DNA of 64,000 nucleotides, from NCBI GenBank assembly GCA_028826165.1, contig JAPDFW010000078.1, forward strand, positions 1-64,000. The letters are read 5' to 3'. Made by a program: the position numbers and the translations under genes. The notes under the pieces were generated by a model that worked only from the letters and a program-made list of their open reading frames with translations, had not been told where the DNA came from and made no database searches. The DNA comes from Anaeramoeba ignava BMAN. Its lineage: Eukaryota > Protista > Anaeramoebae. Positions 13,501 to 25,109 of the stretch are shown here, piece after piece. Position 1 is the first letter of the stretch. Each line of letters begins with the position of its first letter.

Positions 13501-16500
13501 TCAAGTCTTGAAGGGCTCTATAGTCATCTGGAGCATCACTAGGAACACTAGTTACAATACCAGTTCCTTTATTCATTTTGATAGTAAGCAAAGGAAGTGT
13601 GTAAATTGTTTTGTATGATGTCAATGGAGATGAAAGCGGCAAGCCAATCAAATCCCTTCCTGAAATTTTCGCCAAAATATTTGGCTTTCCTTGTTCCTCA
13701 GAATATCCTTGATATGACAAATTTAAGGATGTATGTTCATGGCATATGTATACTTCTCCGTTTTTTGCTTTCATTACCTCGTATTCTCCCTTAGGTAATA
13801 CCCAGCAATTTGTTTGTCCATACATTGTCTCAGGTCTTAATGTTGCTGCTACTAAATATATATCAGGTTCGTTGAGTTTGGATAAAATTTCTGGTAATTT
13901 TTGGATTTTTAATTTGATTAAAACGTATTCTTGTGGTAAAACTCCTTCTCCTGTTGCTCTATCATGATCTAAGCATGGTTGTCCATCTTTTGGTGAATAA
14001 ATTGTGAATCTGAAATTTTATAATTTAATTTTAATTTTAATTTTAATTTTAATTTTAATTTTAATTTTAAATTTTAATTTTATTTTTAATTTTAAATTTA
14101 ATTTTTAATTTTAATTTTAATTTTAATTTTAATTTTAATTTTAATTTTAAATTTTATATTTTAATTTTAATTTCAAATTTTAATTTTAATTTTAAATTTT
14201 ATATTTTAATTTCAAATTTTAATTTTAATTTTAATTTTAATTTTAATTTTAATTTTTAATTTTAATTTTAATTTTAATTTTAATTTTAATTTTAATTTTT
14301 AATTTTAATTTTAATTTTAATTTTAATTTTAATTTTAATTTTAATTTTAATTTTAATTTTAATTCAAATTTTAATTCTAATTTTAATTTTAATTTTAAAT
14401 TTAATTTTAATTTTAATTTTGATTCAAATTTTAATTTTAATATTTTTCACCTTTTTCCAAATGAAATTTTTTTCAAATCCTTCAAAGTTTCAAATTGCCA
14501 ACGAATAAAACTATCATAATAAGGATTAGCTTCAGTAGTAATAAAAGAACGTCTCCAATCAACAGCAGCACCCATTCTTTCAATATCTTGTTTAGCCAAA
14601 GGAGGGAAATATTTCAACCAATAAAGTGGATCTGTAAATTTAGGAATTTCTTCATCTGGAATTTCCAATTCTTTCATTATATCATATTGTTTGCTTAATG
14701 ATTTACTTTTAGCTTTACTTTTAGCTGAAACATGTCTTATTGTTTGTTCTTGTTGAGGAACTTCTTTTGGTTCTTCTTTTTTCTCTTCTTTTTTTGGTTC
14801 TTCTTGATTCGTTTTTTCGTTTTTTTGTTGTTCTAATTCTTCCCGTAATTTTTGTGCACTAGCCATAATTGGCATTCCTGTACAATGAAATGCTAGTGGA
14901 AATAATATTTTTTTCCCCAACATTCTTTGATATCTATTTATAATTAATTTTATTAATAATTTAATAAATAATTTTATAAATAATTTAATAAATAATTTTA
15001 TTAATAATTTAATAAATAATTTTATATTTAATTTTATATTTAATTTTATAAATAATTTTATAAATAATTTTATATTTAATTTTATAAATAATTTAATAAA
15101 TAATTTTATAATTAATTTTATAAATAATTTTATAAATAATTTTATAAATAATTTTATAAATAATTTTATAAATAATTTTATATTTAATTTTATATTTAAT
15201 TTTATAAATAATTTTATATTTAATTTTATATTTAATTTTATAAATAATTTTATAATTAATTTTATATTTAATTTTATAATTAATTTTATATTTAATTTAT
15301 AAATAATTTTATAAATAATTTTATATTTAATTTTATATTTAATTTATAAATAATTTTATAAATAATTTAATAAATACCTTGTTGCGAATTCGGCTTTTGA
15401 ATAAGTAAAAGCATGACCTAAATGTAATTTTCCATTCATATAAGGATAAGGGAAAGTTGCAAAATATTTATCATCTCCTGTTCTTTTTTCATTTGGTGCA
15501 TCTACTTGATAAATTTTTTTTTCTCTCCATTCTTCTTGAATTTGTTTTTCAATTTGTATCAATTTATCTCTTCTTGCAAAATTTTTCTAATTTTATAAAT
15601 AATTTTATAAATAATTTTATAAATAATTTTATAAATAATTTTATAAATAATTTTATAAATAATTTTATAAATAATTTTATAAATAATTTTATAAATAATT
15701 TTATAAATAATTTAATAAATAATTTTATAAATAATTTTATAATTAATTTTATAATTAATTTTATAAATAATTTTATATTTAATTTTATAAATAATTTTAT
15801 AAATAATTTTATAAATAATTTTATAAATAATTTTATAAATAATTTTATAAATAATTTTATAAATAATTTTATAAATAATTTTATAAATAATTTTTTATAA
15901 ATAATTTTATAATTAATTTAATAAATAAATTTTATAAATAATTTTATAAATAATTTTATAATTAATTTTATATTTAATTTTTATAAATAATTTTATAAAT
16001 AATTTAATAATTAATTTTATAAATAATTTTATAAATAATTTTATAAATAATTTTATAAATAATTTTAATAATTAATTTTTATAAATAATTTTATAAATAA
16101 TTTTATATTTAATTTTTATAAATAATTTTATATTTAATTTTATATATAATTTTATAAATAATTTTATATATAATTTTATAATTAATTTTATAAATAATTT
16201 TTATAAATAATTTTATATTTAATTTTATATTTAATTTTATAAATAATTTTATATTTAATTTTATAAATAATTTTATAAATAATTTTATATTTAATTTTAT
16301 AAATAAGTTTATAAATAATTTTATAAATAATTTTTATAATTAATTTAATAAATAATTTTATAAATAATTTTATAATTAATTTAATAAATAATTTTATAAA
16401 TAATTTTATATTTAATTTTATATTTAATTTTATAAATAATTTTTAATAAATAATTTTATAATTAATTTTATAAATAATTTTATAAATAATTTTATAAATA

Positions 16501-17683
16501 ATTTTATAAATAATTTTATAATTAATTTTATAATTAATTTTATAAATAATTTTATAATTAATTTTATAAATAATTTTATATTTAATTTAATAATTAATTT
16601 TATAAATAATTTTATAAATAATTTTATAAATAATTTTATAAATAATTTTATAAATAATTTTTATAAATTTAATTTTATAAATAATTTTATATTTAATTTT
16701 TATAAATAATTTTATAAATAATTTTATTAATAATTTTATTAATAATTTTTATAAATAATTTTATAAATAATTTTATAAATAATTTTATAAATAATTTTTA
16801 TAAATAATTTTATAAATAATTTAATAAATAATTTTATAAATAATTTTAATAAATAATTTTATAAATAATTTTATAAATAATTTTATAAATAATTTTATTA
16901 ATAATTTTATAAATAATTTTATTAATAATTTTATAAATAATTTTATAAATAATTTTATAAATAATTTTATAAATAATTTTATAAATAATTTTATAAATAA
17001 TTTTATTAATAATTTTATATTTAATTTTATAAATAATTTTATAAATAATTTTATAAATAATTTTATAAATAATTTTATAATTAATTTTATAAATAATTTT
17101 ATTAATAATTTAATATTTAATTTTATAAATAATTTTATAAATAATTTTATAAATAATTTTATTAATAATTTAATAAATAATTTTTATAAATAATTTTATA
17201 AATAATTTTATTAATAATTTTATAAATAATTTTATATTTAATTTTATAAATAATTTTATAAATAATTTTATAAATAATTTTATAAATAATTTTATAAATA
17301 ATTTTATAAATAATTTTATAATTAATTTTATAAATAATTTTATAATTAATTTTATAAATAATTTTATAAATAATTTTATAAATAATTTTATTAATAATTT
17401 TATAAATAATTTTATATTTAATTTTATAATTCATTTTATAAATAATTTTATATTTAATTTTATTAATAATTTTTATATATAATTTTATATTTAATTTTAT
17501 AAATAATTTTATAAATTTAATTTTATAAATAATTTTATAAATAATTTTATAATTAATTTTATAAATAATTTTATAAATAATTTTATAAATAATTTTATAA
17601 ATAATTTTAATAAATAATTTTATAATTAATTTTATATTTAATTTTATATTTAATTTTATATTTAATTTTACTTCTGATTCCAT
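10583..17683 (-). CDS. LARS1: Cytosolic leucyl-tRNA synthetase, 8 exons (first coding exon 12 nt, 17672-17683)
   Basis: [14 protein letters not shown] (HIGH motif), [15 protein letters not shown] (editing domain), [22 protein letters not shown]; GT-AG introns verified in phase. Confidence 0.96.
15587..17671 (-). repeat. LeuRS intron 1, 2085 bp, nearly all 12-bp tandem repeat (sense ataaaattattt)
   Basis: GT at 17671-17670 and AG at 15588-15587 join MESE to KNFARRDKL. Confidence 0.9.
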
Positions 17684-17845
17684 TTTAAATTATAATTAAA
17701 ATAGTTTTAAAAAAATTGAAAAATGAAAAAAATGAAAAATGAAAAAAATTTTTTTTTTCTTTTAAAATACAAATTAGAAATTAAAACGAATGATGACGTT
17801 TTTTAATTAAATAATAAAAAAAAATTTAAATAAAAAAAAAAATTA

Positions 17846-17951
17846 TGCCGTCTAAAAGGATCGAACTTTTGACCTCTTGTTCTCTCGTTTTTAAATTAAT
17901 TTAAAATAATTAAATTACGAGACAAGCGCTCTACCACTGAGCTAAGACGGC
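17846..17951 (-). tRNA. tRNA-Thr(CGT) with 34-nt intron at position 37/38 (17882-17915)
   Basis: GCCGTCT/AGACGGC acceptor stem, GCTC/GAGC D stem, CTTGT/ACAAG anticodon stem, TTCGATC T loop; the intron contains ACGAG complementary to the anticodon loop; oligo-T terminator follows. Confidence 0.93.
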
Positions 17952-18218
17952 TTTTTATTTTATTTTAATTAAAATTTAAATTAAAATTTTTTCTTTTTTT
18001 TTTTTTAAAAATTTATCTTTTTATATTAATTTTTTAAAATATTTTCTTTTTTATTTTTCTTTTTAAAAAATTCTTCTTTATCAAATCTCCCTTAAATTTT
18101 TTGCTTTTTAACAATTTTTTCTTTTTAATTTTTTTTCATTTTTCTTCTCTTCTAAAATTCATTTCCCATTTTTTGAATTTTAAATAGCAAAACAAGAAAA
18201 AAAAAAGAAAAAAAGAAA

Positions 18219-20334
18219 ATGAATAAGAATATTTACTTTATCTTCTTTTTAATTTCTATTGTTTTTTCACAAGCTCCAATACCAAAAAGACCTGATGGAC
18301 ACAAACAAGGAGATATAAACGCTCCTGTTTATTTAGAGATGTTTTGTGATCTTTGTATAAATTTGTTTTTAATAAATTTAAACCCCCAATTTTTTAGATT
18401 AATCAGATCAATATTTTATTTTGACATTTTGCTTTTTTAATTATAATTTAAATTGAAATTAAAATTAAAATCTAAATCAAAATCTAAATCTAAATCTAAA
18501 TCTAAATATAAATCTAAAATATAAATCTAAATCTAAATCTAAATCTAAATATAAATATAAATCTAAATCTAAATCTAAATATAAATATAAATCTAAATCT
18601 AAATATAAAATATAAATATAAATATAAATATAAATATAAATCTAAATCTAAATATAAAATCTAAATCTAAAATATAAATCAAAATCTAAATATAAATATA
18701 AATATAAATCTTTTAAAATTAAAATCTAAATATAAATCTAAATCTAAATCTAAATATAAATATAAATATAAATCTAAATATAAATATAAATATAAATCTA
18801 AATATAAATATAAATATAAATCTAAATCTAAATATAAATCTAAAATATAAATCTAAAATATAAATATAAATCTAAATCTAAATCTAAATCTAAATCTAAA
18901 TCTAAATCTAAATCTAAATCTAAAAATCTAAATAAAAATAATAAATAAAAAATATAAATAAAAATATAAATATAAATATAAAATATAAATATAAATATAA
19001 ATATAAATATAAATATAAATATAAATCTAAAATATAAAAATATAAAAATATAAATATAAATATAAATATAAATATAAATATAAATATAAATATAAATATA
19101 AATATAAATATAAATATAAAATATAAATATAAATATAAATATAAATATAAATCTGAAAATATAAATATAAATATCCAAATCTTTTAAATCTAAATCTAAA
19201 TCTAAATTAAATCTAAATATAAATATAAATATAAATCTAAATATAAATCTAAAATAATCAAATCTAAATCAAAATCAATATTAAATATTATAAATTATAA
19301 ATCTAAATATAAATTAAATCAAAATCTTTTTAAATATAAATCCAAAAATATAAATATAAATATAAATATAAATATAAATATAAATCTAAATCTAAATCTA
19401 AATCTAAATCTAAATCTAAAATCTAAATCTAAATATAAATCTAAATCTAAAAAAATCAAAATTTAAAATATAAATATAAATCTAAAATTAAAATATAAAT
19501 ATAAATATAAATATAAATATAAATCTAAAATATAAATATAAATCTAAATCTAAATCTAAATATAAATATAAATATAACTAAAATCTAAATATAAATCTAA
19601 ATATAAATCTAAATCTAAAATATAAATCTAAATATAAATATAAATCTAAATATAAATATAAATATAAATATAAATATAAATATAAATATAAATCTAAATA
19701 TAAAATCTAAATCTAAATATAAATCTAAATCTAAATATAAAAATAAAATCTAAATCTAAATATAAATCTAAATCTAAATATAAATCTAAATCAAAATCTA
19801 AATTTAAAATATTTGTATTTATATTTAGTATGCCCTGACTGCGCTCATTCTTGGCCAACAATTAAAAATGTTCTTGAATATTATGGATCATCAAAAATTT
19901 ATTTCATATTTCATGTTTTCCCACTTCCTTATCATACATCAGCATTTTTCATGGCAGAAGCATCATTAGTTCTTGAAAACTACACACAATCATTATTTTG
20001 GGATTTATTAGATTCACTTTATATTGATAGTAAACAACAAATGTTCTGGGATGATGCAGTTGAAAACACAACACTTGAAGGTATTAAATCGTTAATGGGA
20101 AGTTATTTACTGGATGAATTTGGATTACCTAATTCTTATTTTTGGAATGGAATGAATGATGTCACAATTGATTGGAATTCTAGAGTTTCTTGGAAATATG
20201 CTTGCACAAGAGGTGTTTCTGGAACTCCTACATTTATGGTTAATGGTGTTTATGTTGCTATGGGTTCCGATTCAAGTTTGAATGATTGGATCAATTTATT
20301 GAATCCTCTTTTCCTTAACAAACCAATCTATTAA
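18219..20334 (+). CDS. Secreted DsbA-like thioredoxin-fold protein (CPDC), 2 exons
   Basis: Signal peptide; spliced EMFCDLLCPDCAHSWP; FPLPYH; GVSGTPTFMVNG; intron 18355-19828. Confidence 0.88.
18470..19800 (+). repeat. Intronic hexamer array (aaatat/aaatct)n
   Basis: Directly visible; same unit pair as pepD copy-2 intron 2. Confidence 0.9.
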
Positions 20335-20574
20335 TTGATTCAATTTTTAAATTCAATTTTCAATTCAATTTTTAAATTCAATTTTCAAATTCAATTTAAT
20401 CTGATTGAATTTCCCTTTCTTTTTCTTTTGATTTCTTTTCCCTTTGATTTCATTTTCCTTTTGATTTCCATTCAATTTCATTTTTGATTTGATTCATCTC
20501 TTGATTAAGAATTTGTTGATGAATCAATTCACAAAATAAAAAGGAAAAAAATTTCTTCATTTCAGTTTAATTTT

Positions 20575-22870
20575 GAATTATATTTTAATTAATAAATTAT
20601 TTATTAAATTATTTTAAAATAATAAATAGGAAATAATCTATAACTTTATTTTAAATTTTATATTAAATTTAATTATTAATAAATTAATAAATATTTTTAA
20701 TTTAATTATATTAATTTTGGATTATGATTTTAAATAATAATTTATTTATTAAATTATTTTAAAATAATAAATAGGAAATAATCTATAATTTTATATTAAA
20801 TTTTATTATTTAATTTAATTATTAATAAATTAATAAATATTTTTAATTTAATTATATTAATTTTGAATTATATTTTAATTAATAATTTATTTATTAAATT
20901 ATTTTAAAATAATAAGTAGGAAATAATCTATAATTTTTATATTAAATTTTATATTAAATTTAATTATTAATAAATTAATAAATATTTTTAATTTAATTAT
21001 ATTAATTTTGGATTATATTTTAAATAATAATTTATTTATTAAATTATTTTAAAATAATAAATAGGAAATAATCTATAATTTTATATTAAATTTTATTATT
21101 TAATTTAATTATTAATAAATTAATAAATATTTTTAATTTAATTATATTTATTTTTGATTATATTTTTAATTAATAAATTATTTATTAAATTAATTTAAAA
21201 TAATAAATAGGAAATAATCTATAATTTTATATTTATTTTTATATTAAATTTTATTATTAATAAATTAATAAATATTTTTAATTTAATTATATTAATTTTT
21301 GGATTATATTTTAATTAATAAATTATTTATTAAATTAATTTAAAATAATAAATAGGAAATAATCCATAACTTTATTTTAAATTTTATATTAAATTTTATT
21401 ATTAATAAATTAATAAATATTTTTAATTTAATTATATTAATTTTGGATTATATTTTAATTAATAAATTATTTATTAAATTATTTTAAAATAATAAATAAG
21501 AAATAATCTATAATTTTATATTTAATTTTATATTAAATTTTATATTAAATTTTATATTAAATTTTATTATTAATAAATTAATAAATATTTTTGATTTAAT
21601 TATATTAATTTTGAATTATATTTTTAAATAATAAATTATTTATTAAATTAATTTAAAATAATAAATAGGAAATAATCTATAACTTTTATTTTAAATTTTA
21701 TTATTTAATTTTTATTATTAATAAATTAATAAATATTTTTAATTTAATTATATTTATTTTGGATTATATTTTAATTAATAAATTATTTATTAAATTTATT
21801 TAAAATAATAAATAAGAAATAATCTATAATTTTATATTAATTTTTATATTAAATTTTATTATTAATAAATTAATAAATATATTTAATTTAATTATATTAA
21901 TTTTAGGTTATATTTTTAAATAATAATTTATTTATTAAATTAATTTAAAATAATGAATAAGAAATAATCCATAATTTTATATTAAATTTTATATTAAATT
22001 TTAATTATTAATAAATTAATAAATATTTTTAATTTAATTATATTAATTTTTGAATTATATTTTAAATAATAAATTATTCATTAAATTAATTTAAAATAAT
22101 AAATAGGAAATAATTTATAATTTTATATTAAATTTTATATTAAATTTTATTATTAATAAATTAATAAATATTTTTGATTTAATTATATTAATTTTGAATT
22201 ATATTTTAATTAATAAATTATTTATTAAATTAATTTAAAATAATAAATAGGAAATAATCTATAATTTTATATTAAATTTTATATTAAATTTTATTATTAA
22301 TAAATTAATAAATATTTTTAATTTAATTATATTAATTTTGGATTATGTTTTTAAATAATAATTTGTTTATTAAATTAATTTAAAATAATAAATAAGAAAT
22401 AATCTATAACTTTATTTTTAATTTTTATATTAAATTTTATTATTAATAAATTAATAAATATTTTTAATTTAATTATATTAATTTTTGGATTATATTTTTA
22501 AATAATAAATTATTTATTAAATTATTTTAAAATAATAAATAGAAAATAATTTATAATTTTTATATTAAATTTTATATTTAATTTTATTATTAATAAATTT
22601 AAATATATTTAATTTAAATATTAATTTTAATTATTAATAAATAATAATTATTTATTAAATTAATTTAAAATAATAAATAAGAAATAATCTATAATTTTAT
22701 ATTTAATTTTTATATTTAAATTTTATTATTAATAAATTAATAAATATTTTTAATTTAATTATATTAATTTTGGATTATATTTTAAATAATAAATTATTTA
22801 TTAAATTAATTTAAAATAATAAATAGGAAATAATTTATAATTTTATTTTAAATTTTATTATTTAATTTAA
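20575..22870. repeat. Intergenic minisatellite, ~145-bp unit, about 16 copies
   Basis: Marker aataRgaaataatcTataa recurs near 20626, 20772, 20917, 21061, 21207 ... 22823. Confidence 0.9.
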
Positions 22871-23062
22871 TGTTTTTTTAATGTTGAAAAAAATTAAAAA
22901 TTAGTAAATTAATTTCGAAGTAAATTACTTTCCAATGAATTTATTGTGAAAGAAAACAACAAAGCAAAACAAGAAAATCAAGTTATCATCAAAAAATAAA
23001 AGCAAAAAAAAAGCAAAAAAAAAAAAATTAGAAATGAAAAAAAGAAAAAAAAATAATTTTAA

Positions 23063-23587
23063 TTAATAATTTCTGTAACTAGGAGGAGCAACTGGTTGAT
23101 TTGGTTGATAAAAATTGTTTCCTTGTTGATAATTTGGAGGAGGAGGAGGCATATAAAAACCAACATTATCTCCAGTTTGGTTTCCCATATTTGGTTGATT
23201 ATAAACAGGGGGTTGATAAGGTTGAGAACGATTTTGACCCAAAATATCATTGACTGTTCCTCCATATTGATATTGACTTGTTAAACCTAAATCTTGATCT
23301 GCTTGTCCATATCTTAAGTTAATCTGGTTTGTCACTGTCTTACTTGGTGCATTTGGACTTCTTTCTATAAATACATCTCCTCCTATTGTTGATTGTGAAT
23401 TGTCATTGTCTGCGCAATTCAAAATTAATACTGGAATCACTATTGCTAATGTCAATGTAATTGTCAAAAATAATTCACTTTTTTCTGTGTTAATTTTTTT
23501 GTTTTCTTTGTTAAGTTCAGAAACTGTTTCTTTTTGATGTGTTGAAATAACAAATAGAAATAATAATAAAATTAAAAGAAATTTCAT
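23063..23587 (-). CDS. Small type-I membrane protein with three cytoplasmic PPxY motifs
   Basis: N-terminal hydrophobic signal, second hydrophobic segment LFLTITLTLAIVIPVLIL, tail with PPVY, PPNY, PPSY. Confidence 0.7.
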   Translation of the reverse strand: MKFLLILLLFLFVISTHQKETVSELNKENKKINTEKSELFLTITLTLAIVIPVLILNCADNDNSQSTIGGDVFIERSPNAPSKTVTNQINLRYGQADQDLGLTSQYQYGGTVNDILGQNRSQPYQPPVYNQPNMGNQTGDNVGFYMPPPPPNYQQGNNFYQPNQPVAPPSYRNY

Positions 23588-23818
23588 TTTGTAAAAATTT
23601 TTTTTTTTTTTAATTAAAAAAGTTTTGATGAGTAAATATTAATAAAGAAAAAAAAGATAAAAAAGATGAAAGAAAAAAAATGAAAAAATGAAAAGAGAAA
23701 AAAATTAATTAAAAATTTTTTTATTTACGTGTTCTTTTTTAAAATTTAAGAAAAACAAATCAAAATTAATTTTTTTTATTTTCATTTTTTTCCTTTTTCT
23801 TTTCAAAATAAATTTATA

Positions 23819-24796
23819 ATGGATTTTGATTCATTTATTAAACAAAATAAATTTCAATTCGAAAAACAATCCATTTCTTCAGATTTACTCACACTTTATA
23901 TTCATTTTCACATAATAACTCAACGTCAACTCCTTTTTATTGGATTGAACTCACAAAAAAATGAAGAGATATCAAAGTCATGGAAACCTAATGAAAAGAA
24001 GCGATTGCTTAACTATCAATGCCCTATCACTGACAAATTAATTACAATTTCTATTGAACAAGTTGGCGATTATCTTCATCTTGGATTTAAACTTGGAAAA
24101 GAAGAAGAAAAACCGTATCAAATATTAATGAATAATGTTGTTGATATTTCATCTCTTGATAAATTCTTTGAGCAAGATAGTCCACAAGCTACTCAATTAT
24201 TGAAGAAAATTGATCTCTTAATTTCAATTCTTGATCTTGGACTTTTTGATAAAGAATCACAATTTCTGATTCAATTACAAAAAAAAAACGAAATGCAAAA
24301 ACAAATCCCCAATAAGACTTACGATCCAACAAGAAAACAACAAAAGGAAATTTCCCAAATTGAAAATCAAGTCGATCGAAATTCCCGTTTGAAAGATTTT
24401 GTGGAAAAACAAGATCCGAATTTAAATCCCGATTTTGATTTAGACCCTCTTAGAATCCCAAATCAAAGAAGAACAAATAGAACTCGTCCACCTTTCTCAA
24501 TTGGCGAGAATGATTTCCCTTTTGGTCCTGATCTTGGTCCTGATTTTGGTGGTAATTTTGGTGGTAATTTTATCGGTCCAAATCATCCATCTTTTTTCCA
24601 ACCTCCCAAAGGAACAGGGCGACCAAACCCACAAAACGATATTGATCCTTTCCGCATACCACCCAATTCAATTCCCCCAAAAGCTAAGTTTGATCCATTT
24701 GGTCCTCCAGAGCTTGGTTTTTCTAAAACAGGCAATCCAAATCCTGATCATTTCAAACCGCCTGATGATGATCCTCCTCCAAATATGTATTGGTGA
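23819..24796 (+). CDS. PSMF1: Proteasome inhibitor PI31
   Basis: Pro-rich C-terminus with DPLRIP, IGPNHPSF, PPKAKFDPFGPP, PNPDHFKPP and terminal HbYX motif MYW. Confidence 0.88.
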   Translation: MDFDSFIKQNKFQFEKQSISSDLLTLYIHFHIITQRQLLFIGLNSQKNEEISKSWKPNEKKRLLNYQCPITDKLITISIEQVGDYLHLGFKLGKEEEKPYQILMNNVVDISSLDKFFEQDSPQATQLLKKIDLLISILDLGLFDKESQFLIQLQKKNEMQKQIPNKTYDPTRKQQKEISQIENQVDRNSRLKDFVEKQDPNLNPDFDLDPLRIPNQRRTNRTRPPFSIGENDFPFGPDLGPDFGGNFGGNFIGPNHPSFFQPPKGTGRPNPQNDIDPFRIPPNSIPPKAKFDPFGPPELGFSKTGNPNPDHFKPPDDDPPPNMYW

Positions 24797-25109
24797 TTTG
24801 TTTAGTGCTTCTATATCATATTTTGCTTACTTTTTTTTCCTCATTTCTTCTTTTCCAATCTTTTTCCAATCTTTTTCCTTTTTCTTTTTTCTTTTTTCTT
24901 TTTTCTTTTTTGAATTTGAAATAAAAAATTTTCTTCTTTTGAAAACTTTTTTTTATAATAATCATTTTGTTTTCTTTATTTTGATTATTTTGAAAATTGA
25001 AAGAAAAGATTTAAAAAAAGAGAAGAAAATGAAAGTTTTTTCTTCTTCTTTTTTTTTTTGGATTGTTTCAAATCATCAAACAAAAATTCAATTATAAAAG
25101 ATATTATCA

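Noticed and set aside
20575-22870. Possible CRISPR array (also considered for 61040-62819)
   Set aside because: Whole units repeat with no unique spacers, no cas genes, eukaryotic context
22903-22932. Imperfect palindrome agtaaattaatttcgaagtaaattact at the end of the satellite
   Set aside because: Short and AT-rich, expected by chance; no other support
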